Source: Planctomycetota bacterium (GTDB lineage: Bacteria > Planctomycetota > SZUA-567 > H5-PLA8). From it: a stretch of DNA of 64,000 nt. The position numbers and the translations under genes are program-made. The stretch's first letter is position 1. Each line of letters begins with the position of its first letter. The DNA lies in the NCBI GenBank assembly GCA_038227875.1, contig JBBRPR010000011.1, forward strand, positions 1-64,000, in the 5' to 3' direction. Of the stretch, positions 9,494 through 16,928 are shown in pieces. Below the pieces are notes generated by a model. It made no database searches. It had not been told where the DNA came from and worked only from the letters and a program-made list of their open reading frames with translations.

Positions 9494-11607
9494 GCTGTTA
9501 CCTCTTTCAGCATGTCGAGAATCTCGCCTTCCAATGCCTTAATTTCGTCGTCAATCTCCGCCAAGGGGCGTGGTGGTTCATACTGGTAGAAGTATCGGTT
9601 GAAGTTCAATTCGTAGCCTACAAGCCCGACCTTGCCATCCTTCTGGTCCCGCACATCTTCGTTTATCCATGCGTCTGCTACGTGCGGCTTTACTTCCCGC
9701 ACAAAATAGGCTTCGATGTCTTCATGTAACGGCACATTTTCCGTATCTCGAAACCCGGAGTCCGCTTCTGGATTTCCATTTGAATCAGTGCAGGTGTCGG
9801 CAGTTTCATCACGTTCGGACAGAGCCGCAAGAACACCCTTCTTGACTGGTCCAGAGAACTTGATGCCAGCCTTCTTGAATGCACCGTCAAGGATTTCTTC
9901 GAACTTCTCCCGGTTCTTGTATACGGCGGTGCCTTCAATGCCGGAGAGCGTCTTTAGAATTGCCTGCTGTAGTTTTTTGCCATCTGCAATTTCCGCATCA
10001 CCCGCAGTACCCTTCTTCTTGCTGGCGGCGAGATTGACAAAGCCGCTCTCCGCTTTGAGCAGTTCAATTCGTTCGGCACAAACATGGAAATTCAAACGCA
10101 ACGGGCGCTCCACTGTGATTTTCCGATAACCAAAATCAGTCGTCTTGAAAATTTTTGCGTGCGGCCCTTCCTCAAAGCTGGTGGCCAATTTCCCTAATTC
10201 GACAATGTGTTCATCGGCAAGTTCATTGCGCTTGTCGCCCAAGCTTTTTCGCATCTTTCGAGCAAAGACTTCGAATTCTTCGGCGCTCTTTCCTTTGCCT
10301 TCTTTTCGGATTGCAGCGCCGTTCACCAAGAGCACCTTACCCGCCCGCTTCTTGGTCTTACGATTGCATAGAATCCAAATGTAAGTGTTGATGCCGGTGT
10401 TGTAAAAAATCTGCCCCGGTAGCGCCACAATGGTTTCCAGCCAGTCGTTTTCGAGTGTCCAACGCCGTATTTCGGATTCACCACTTCCCGCATCGCCCGT
10501 GAAAAGCGGGGAGCCATTCATTACGATGGCAACACGGCTTCCCCCTTCTTCGACAGACTTCATTTTGGAAATCATGTGTTGAAGAAATAGCAACTGGCCG
10601 TCACTGATGCGTGGAAGACCCGCGCCGAAGCGTCCAGCCATCCCGCGAGTAGCTTCGTCTTCGATGAACGCCTGTTCTTTTTTCCAATCCTTGCCGTAGG
10701 GTGGATTCGAAATCATGTAATCGAATGTGGTGCTTGGGTGCCCGTCCTTCGAAAAACTGGAATCCGGCTTGATGTTGTCGGCGTCTTTGTCTTCGCCTTT
10801 GATAAGCATGTCCGATTTGCAGACAGCATACGTTTCGTCGTTCACTTCTTGACCGAACAGGTGGATGTCGGCTTCTGGATTGATGTCTTTCAAAATGTGC
10901 TCTTTGGCAACGGACAGCATCCCGCCCGTACCGCAAGCCGGGTCATAGATGGTTCGGATGACGGCTTTTTGCTTGAGTACGTCCTTGTCACCGTTGATAA
11001 GTAGCCGAACCATGAGCCGAATGACTTCTCGTGGGGTGAAGTGCTCGCCGGGATTCTCATTGGTCTGTTCGTTGAACTTGCGAATAAGCTCTTCAAAAAT
11101 CGTGCCCATTTGGAAGTTGTCAACGGTGTCGGGGTGCAGGTCCACTTCGCTGAATTTTTGAATCAACAGGAAGAGCAAGCCTTTTTCGTTGAGCGTTTCG
11201 ATGTTGGTGCGCAGTTTGAATTTTTCGATAACTTCCCGCATGTTGTCGGAAAACCCGTTGATGTAGGCGGTCAAGTTCTTGCCGATGTTCTTCTGGTCGT
11301 CGAGAAGCTTGCCAAAATCGAAGCGAGACGTGTTGTAGAAGGAATGGCCAGCGGCGCGGCACAACTGCCCATGCACATTTTCCAGCCCCTTGGTTTTTAG
11401 AACTTCGAATCGCTCAAGCACCTTCTGTTTGGTTGGCGCAAGCACGCAATCCAGTCGCCGCAGCACGGTGAATGGCAAGATGATGTCCGGGTACTTGCCG
11501 CGCTTGAAATCATCGCGCAAGACTTCATCCGCCACGGACCACAGAAAGTTGACCTTGCTACTGAAATCGTTGCCCACAGGTCTGGTGCCCCCAATCGCCG
11601 GGAACAT
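9490..11607 (-). CDS. hsdM: Type I RM N6-adenine methyltransferase subunit M (alternative GTG start 11577)
   Basis: GEHFTPREV, YDPACGTGGML, NPPY. Confidence 0.97.
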   Translation of the reverse strand: MFPAIGGTRPVGNDFSSKVNFLWSVADEVLRDDFKRGKYPDIILPFTVLRRLDCVLAPTKQKVLERFEVLKTKGLENVHGQLCRAAGHSFYNTSRFDFGKLLDDQKNIGKNLTAYINGFSDNMREVIEKFKLRTNIETLNEKGLLFLLIQKFSEVDLHPDTVDNFQMGTIFEELIRKFNEQTNENPGEHFTPREVIRLMVRLLINGDKDVLKQKAVIRTIYDPACGTGGMLSVAKEHILKDINPEADIHLFGQEVNDETYAVCKSDMLIKGEDKDADNIKPDSSFSKDGHPSTTFDYMISNPPYGKDWKKEQAFIEDEATRGMAGRFGAGLPRISDGQLLFLQHMISKMKSVEEGGSRVAIVMNGSPLFTGDAGSGESEIRRWTLENDWLETIVALPGQIFYNTGINTYIWILCNRKTKKRAGKVLLVNGAAIRKEGKGKSAEEFEVFARKMRKSLGDKRNELADEHIVELGKLATSFEEGPHAKIFKTTDFGYRKITVERPLRLNFHVCAERIELLKAESGFVNLAASKKKGTAGDAEIADGKKLQQAILKTLSGIEGTAVYKNREKFEEILDGAFKKAGIKFSGPVKKGVLAALSERDETADTCTDSNGNPEADSGFRDTENVPLHEDIEAYFVREVKPHVADAWINEDVRDQKDGKVGLVGYELNFNRYFYQYEPPRPLAEIDDEIKALEGEILDMLKEVTA

Positions 11608-11902
11608 ACGGCGCGTCTCAAGAACATCGCTCAGAAATATACGGTGTAAAGCTTAACAAGAACGCGGGGGGCGGGCGAGAGGAAGAAGGTGGAAAAAAGA
11701 AGTGATGCGTGAGAGCACTCGACGGTGTAATCATGGATGCACACCGTTGAGCGGCTGAAAAAACGTCTGGTTGGCGAAGATAGCGGGGCCGGGAAGGGAG
11801 CATGATTTTTGCACCTTTCATCGACTCCCTGTTTATCTCACCGTCTCAGGATGGACAGCTACTTCGATTCTGGCAGTTTTTGAGCAAATGCTGTCCAACC
11901 TT

Positions 11903-13549
11903 TCACCGATACTGTAACTGCCAACGTTTGCCTTTGGGGGGTGCAACATAGTGGCGTCTACAAACATCTTCCCGATTTCCCATGTACACGGAGATTTCAA
12001 GACTGCTGAACCCACAATTTCCAAGCGCCGTTCCGAAGCAGTGTCTCCATTCGTCTGGACCGTATGACCATATTTCATCCTTCGTGGATAGGAATTCATT
12101 AAAGTGCTTGCGTAGGCGTTTTCTATAATCCTTCTTTCGCTCATTTTCGTTTCGCGGCGGACGCTTGTAGCCAAGAATTTCACCAAGAACGTTACGAAAA
12201 TTTCGAACCCACGTCGAATTACTGGACCACGTACCCGGAAGTGCGCTTTTTCGTTCTACGGTCCCCTTCCCCACCGTGCTTGGAAACAGCCATTGAGATT
12301 TCAGACTGTCAGAGGACCTAAGTTCGTTGATTTCCCGAGTTCGATATTCAATGTGCTCCTTCAAAATTGGCAGCAGTATTGACCGTTCAATTAGCACGTT
12401 GCGCTCCTTGCCCGTCTTCGTGCCCTGTTTCTTTTCACCAGCGGTCAAAATCGTTGCAATACGTATGTAATCGCCGTCCTCTCCCGTATACACATTGGAA
12501 ATCTTCAAGCGCCGCTGCTCGCTGAATCGTGGGCCAGCAAGCATGGCAACTGCAACCCATGCACGCCAATACTCGTGGTCCTTGAAGCTATCCAAGTACG
12601 AAGTGAGTTCTGCGAAGCGGCGGATTGCTCGAATGTGTTCAGCATTCTTTGCAACACCGTGCACGCCTTCGACTCGGTCCATTGGGTTCTTGTCCAACTC
12701 GAATTTTTTGCACGCCCACGTCATAAATACGGACACACCAGCCCTCAAATCGCGCTTGGTTAGTGGATTCATGGGGGAACCATCTTCTTTCTTGAGTCCT
12801 TCCACCCACGATTCAATCACGCCAGCCGTCATGTCGCGTAGTGGTGTGGTTTCCCTATCGGGCAATACCGAAACAAGGGAATCAACGGCACGGAATGCCT
12901 TGTACACCGTCTGTTGTCCACGGTCGTTCGGGTAGACTTCCTTCCACGCTTCAACAGCTTTGCCTACCGAAGTCTTGACGTGAACGTTGAGTTGTCCGCG
13001 CAACCGCTGGTTGTCCGTTTCGATTTCAAGAACACGTGGCTCCAAAATCTGAATTCGCTGTTCAAGAGACTTGTTCCGCTCTTCCAATTTTGAAACTTTA
13101 GGAAGCAGGTAACCGTCAATGAGCTTCTTGAATATTTCAATTTCGGAAAGCCCGTCGAAGTCGGACAAGGGTGCGCCAAGTCTGTCCAAGTAGGGTTCAA
13201 GAAATTTCTTTCCGGTAGCAAGCTCGTGCGCCGTTTCCAGCACTTTGGCAATACTCTCTGCGTCTTCGGTTGCCAGATATGGACCTTTGCTTTCGCCGAA
13301 CACCTGTTGCGCTACGTTGTCACCGTACGCAATTTCGACGCTACGGCGCATATAGCCCCGTAATTTGACGTGCTCTTGCACTAACGCCGGTTGCTGGCAT
13401 AATGACTCCACTTCGCGGCAAATGTGGTGCGCCGTGGCGTTGTCCGCCGTGGACAACGAGAACGGGCACACTTTCCCGTTGCGTAACTTGTGTCGAAAAC
13501 GGACGGTGTAGGACGCTCTACCCGGCTCAAGTTTGGGAGTAAGCTTCAT
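11903..13549 (-). CDS. Tyrosine recombinase/integrase
   Basis: AGPRFSE (Arg I), DEWRHCFGT (variant HxxR box), MGNREDVCRRHY (catalytic Tyr); core-binding-like region ending NPMDRV; next to a tRNA. Confidence 0.88.
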   Translation of the reverse strand: MKLTPKLEPGRASYTVRFRHKLRNGKVCPFSLSTADNATAHHICREVESLCQQPALVQEHVKLRGYMRRSVEIAYGDNVAQQVFGESKGPYLATEDAESIAKVLETAHELATGKKFLEPYLDRLGAPLSDFDGLSEIEIFKKLIDGYLLPKVSKLEERNKSLEQRIQILEPRVLEIETDNQRLRGQLNVHVKTSVGKAVEAWKEVYPNDRGQQTVYKAFRAVDSLVSVLPDRETTPLRDMTAGVIESWVEGLKKEDGSPMNPLTKRDLRAGVSVFMTWACKKFELDKNPMDRVEGVHGVAKNAEHIRAIRRFAELTSYLDSFKDHEYWRAWVAVAMLAGPRFSEQRRLKISNVYTGEDGDYIRIATILTAGEKKQGTKTGKERNVLIERSILLPILKEHIEYRTREINELRSSDSLKSQWLFPSTVGKGTVERKSALPGTWSSNSTWVRNFRNVLGEILGYKRPPRNENERKKDYRKRLRKHFNEFLSTKDEIWSYGPDEWRHCFGTALGNCGFSSLEISVYMGNREDVCRRHYVAPPKGKRWQLQYR

Positions 13550-13590
13550 GACAGGTCGTTCCCGTGGCTTCTGCTTTGTTACTTATGCAA

Positions 13591-13656
13591 GTTACACAGC
13601 AGATGTTACACGAGAAGTGTGTAACGGCAAGTCCATAAGTTACACATATGTTACAC
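13591..13656. repeat. Five GTTACAC heptamers, putative integrase arm-type sites
   Basis: Direct copies at 13591, 13605, 13639, 13650; inverted copy at 13619-13625. Confidence 0.7.
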
Positions 13657-13694
13657 ACGACTTAAATCGCATAAACCATTGATACGTAACGTCC

Positions 13695-13766
13695 GCCATC
13701 TTAGCTCAGCGGTAGAGCAATGCTTTCGTAAAGCATAGGTCCTGGGTTCAAATCCCAGAGATGGCT
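13695..13766 (+). tRNA. tRNA-Thr(CGT), CCA not encoded
   Basis: Acceptor stem GCCATCT/AGATGGC; D arm GCTCAGCGGTAGAGC; anticodon arm ATGCT-TTCGTAA-AGCAT; T loop GGTTCAAATCC. Confidence 0.96.
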
Positions 13767-13894
13767 TACCCACCAATGACTTACAAGAACGGACTGAAAC
13801 CGCCGAATTGCGGACAGGCAGTCACACAACCCGGTCAATCTCAAACTCTTTCCCCACCCGCGCCGGTCGAATCCCGGTCTGATGCTGTCTCCGC

Positions 13895-13937
13895 GAGCAC
13901 AAAATCCGGCCTATTTACGAGCACAATAGGAGCACAA
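13895..13937. repeat. Three GAGCACAA direct repeats, possible arm sites of a second, decayed element
   Basis: Copies at 13895, 13919, 13930, downstream of the tRNA 3' end. Confidence 0.55.
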
Positions 13938-14184
13938 CGGAATTCTTTATCGCCGCCGATGGCCCCTGACCCTGATGACTCCTGACCTCGCCACCGTGAT
14001 GGCCGCATGGCCCGATCTGTCCACATCGATTCGCGATGCAATCCTGACACTGGCGAAAACCGCTCCGAAGCGGGGCAGAAACAAAGATCGCACCAGAAGC
14101 CGACTGGAGACTTTAGCGGCGGGCTATTACATGCACGGGCAAAACAGATTAATTGATCGTCAAATCCGTTTAGAACTATTTGAT

Positions 14185-14465
14185 AAACGATTTGCAGTCG
14201 CGCAGATTCCCATTCACGAGTAGGAACTTTCCATCCAAGGAGCATTGCGGCGCCATTTTCAGTTTAGGGAGCAGGCGACTGAGAAGTTCCTTGCGCGTCT
14301 GTGCGGTCGCGGAAAGTTCTCCAAACGAATAGCTCTGCCGGTAGTTGGCATTGCCCAACTCATGGCCGCGATCCTGCCAGGTTGATCGTTGCCGACGCTA
14401 CAAACGCGACGAACAGATCGATGTCGCGCAAGACCTCTGAGAACAGCAGCGGCGGGATCCCCGCC
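14185..14465 (-). pseudogene. Frameshifted fragment of the C-terminal region of a DUF4132-type protein
   Basis: Across two frameshifts reads IPPLLFSEVLRDIDLFV / VCSVGND / TWQD...YRQSYSFGELSATAQTRKELLSRLLPKLKMAPQCSLDGKFLLVNGNLR. Confidence 0.7.
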
Positions 14466-14479
14466 AGCGGACGCGGCTC

Positions 14480-14600
14480 GCCGGAACAGTTGCCGGAGCT
14501 GTACAACGTCGACGCCGACCCGAGCGAAGCCAGCGACATCGCCAGCTCGCACGTGGACACTGCAATCGTGCTGATGGCCGCGCTGCTGCGCATGTCCGCG
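14480..14600 (+). pseudogene. Sulfatase C-terminal fragment
   Basis: PELYNVDADPSEASDIASSH matches the ELY.L..DP.E..(D/N)LA sulfatase tail; no catalytic domain upstream. Confidence 0.55.
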
Positions 14601-14725
14601 GACGCTACAAGCACGAACCCAGTTTTGAATTCGGATTCTCGCTGGCCCAACCGTCGTCCGCCAATTCGGTATCCAAGCGGCCGCCGGTGCCGGAGCTGTT
14701 GAAATGGAACGCCGCACGCGAGGCG

Positions 14726-16882
14726 TCAGGAGTAGTTATCTTCTGGAGTTTCGCTTGAATATTCTGGCGCCGGCGCTGTTTGGATGGCGGTCTCGACCGG
14801 CTCGGCGTAAAGCGCCAAACGTCCGAGCAGCGCCGTATACAGCGAAAACACGTGCTGCATCACATGTTCGCTCGCGCCCAGCACGCCAAAATCGGGCTTC
14901 TCTGGCATCGCGGGAAGGACGTAGCGCCGCAGCGTCAGGTTTTCCGGGCTGCATTCGAACGGGTACGTGCACGTGCCGAGCCCTTGCTGCAAGCGGCCCA
15001 GATGTTCGCGCAGTCCCAGCAGCTGCGGACGCAGGCGCTTGGCGATTCTGGACAGGCGCTGCGTTTTCGACAGAACCTCGACGACTTTGATCGCGGCGGT
15101 GTAGTTGCGGCGCAGTTCGAGCACGCTGGGAAGCAGCGCGCCGAGCGTTGCGGCAGCCGCGAGCAATTTGGGCATGTCAGCCGGCGGTGCCAGCGCGTAC
15201 AGCTTCGCACTGTCCGGTTGTGCGAGGATCTGAAAGGCGGCGGTCATGCGCGCGGCGGCGCGGGCTTCGCAGAGCTGCAGTCCCGCTTCCGCGGCGGCCG
15301 CGCCGCGCTCCAGTGCGGTGAGATCCACCGTCGTCGTTTCACCGGAAACATATTCGGCCAGCAGCGCCGTGGTCGTCCCCGCTACGTAAAGTTCGTGCGC
15401 CTCCCGCCACGCGAGGTTCGCTGCCGCCCATGCGCGCGCGTCCGCGTCGGCGCCGGCGGAGAGCGTTTTCAGTTCGGCGGCGAGTTCCTGCGCCTTTCTC
15501 GCGGGCAGGGGATCGGGAAGTGGGATGCGGCGGATGGTGCCGGGCGGCAGGTGAAAATACGCCGTGTACGCCGCGGCGGATCGCTCGTCCTTGCCAAGGC
15601 AATTCAACAGCTCGGGCGCGCTGTCGGAGGTTTGGACGGTGCGGTTGATCGCGAGGCGGTACCACTCGCGAGTGAACTTTTTCGAGACGGCTTTGAAATC
15701 GCGAAAGACCGAAAGCGCCGGGGCCTCGTCGGCGACGATGCCGGGCGCATTTTCGCGGTGCGCGCTGGCGATGCGTTCCTCGTCCGGTGGGTGCGAGCGC
15801 AGGTAACGGTGGTAGCCGCCGAGCTCCACGCCGGATTCCCAGCGCCACGCGGCGTTGCGCGCGAAGTCGCGATTGGCCAGCACCAGCGGCGTCAGGTCGT
15901 CGGGCATCAGCTTGCGGTCGTAGGCGAGCGACAAATCGTCGTCGATGTACGGCAGCGCCGCGGATAGCAGCTCCAGGTGCGCCTGCACTTCCTCGAACGT
16001 CCGGCTGCCGCCGACGCGCGCGGCGTAGCGGTCGGCGTCGACTTCCATCTGGCGCAACATATAGCCGCTGACGGAATAGCCGGCGATCATCAGCACCCAC
16101 AGCACGCCGCGCGTGATCCAAATGAAGAATTTTGCGGTGAAAAAAATGGGCGTCAGCGGACCGATCTCCGACGACCACTCCAGATAATCTTCCAGCACGT
16201 GCGGGCCGTAGACAGCGGTAGCGAGCCAGTAATTTACCGTACGAACGAGCCACGTCAGGCGCATGGCGGTATGCTGCGAGAGATGGCAGACTTCGTGCGC
16301 GATCACGCCGGCGAGCTGGCGGACGTTGAGCGTCAGCAGTAGCGGCAGGCCGATCACCAGGATCGGTTTGCTGTGGATCGAAAACAGGTCCCGCTGGAAC
16401 CGCGCCCCCGCGTTGGGCCGCAGGTCCAGACGGATGGTGCGTGGCGGAGGCACCCCGAGCGCATTTGAAATCTCGGCGACGAAGGCATGAAATTCCGGCG
16501 CATCGGCGCGGCGCAGTTCGAAGCCCGTTTCCTTCTGCCAGAATTTAAAGAACAGCGGTTTGACCATGAGCAGCACCAGTAGCCCGCCGCTGATCAGCAG
16601 CGTGAAATAGAGCAGAACGCTGTAGGCGTAGCCACTTTCGGCCATGTCCGCGTGCGTGACCGCAAAGAGCCAGACGCCATAGGCGACCGCGCCCGTGAGC
16701 GCCAAGTATAGCACCGGCAGCAGCAGCATCACGGCCGCGACGGCGCATAGGCCGAGCTTGTACTGGCGCGAGATCAACAGGCGCGGCACGGTGCCCAGCA
16801 CACGCGGCGCGGCATCCGCATGCGTTGTGGCAGCCTGTGAAGTGCCGGCGGGCTGTGCCGCGGTCGGGTCTGGCGCCGGCAT
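14726..16882 (-). CDS. M48 family membrane Zn metallopeptidase with long C-terminal extension
   Basis: N-terminal TMs, PNAGA, AHEVCH (HExxH), RQMEVDAD, SHPPDEERI. Confidence 0.9.
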   Translation of the reverse strand: MPAPDPTAAQPAGTSQAATTHADAAPRVLGTVPRLLISRQYKLGLCAVAAVMLLLPVLYLALTGAVAYGVWLFAVTHADMAESGYAYSVLLYFTLLISGGLLVLLMVKPLFFKFWQKETGFELRRADAPEFHAFVAEISNALGVPPPRTIRLDLRPNAGARFQRDLFSIHSKPILVIGLPLLLTLNVRQLAGVIAHEVCHLSQHTAMRLTWLVRTVNYWLATAVYGPHVLEDYLEWSSEIGPLTPIFFTAKFFIWITRGVLWVLMIAGYSVSGYMLRQMEVDADRYAARVGGSRTFEEVQAHLELLSAALPYIDDDLSLAYDRKLMPDDLTPLVLANRDFARNAAWRWESGVELGGYHRYLRSHPPDEERIASAHRENAPGIVADEAPALSVFRDFKAVSKKFTREWYRLAINRTVQTSDSAPELLNCLGKDERSAAAYTAYFHLPPGTIRRIPLPDPLPARKAQELAAELKTLSAGADADARAWAAANLAWREAHELYVAGTTTALLAEYVSGETTTVDLTALERGAAAAEAGLQLCEARAAARMTAAFQILAQPDSAKLYALAPPADMPKLLAAAATLGALLPSVLELRRNYTAAIKVVEVLSKTQRLSRIAKRLRPQLLGLREHLGRLQQGLGTCTYPFECSPENLTLRRYVLPAMPEKPDFGVLGASEHVMQHVFSLYTALLGRLALYAEPVETAIQTAPAPEYSSETPEDNYS

Positions 16883-16928
16883 GAAACAACTCCATGTTGA
16901 TGACTGCGAACGCGGCCTGTCTCAATGA

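Larger units (their letters stand above)
1..13690. mobile_element. Integrative genomic island (left end outside window) carrying type I RM and a tyrosine integrase
   Basis: Visibly lower GC than the ribosomal operon; integrase next to a tRNA; GTTACAC repeats at the right boundary; defence cargo. Confidence 0.75.
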
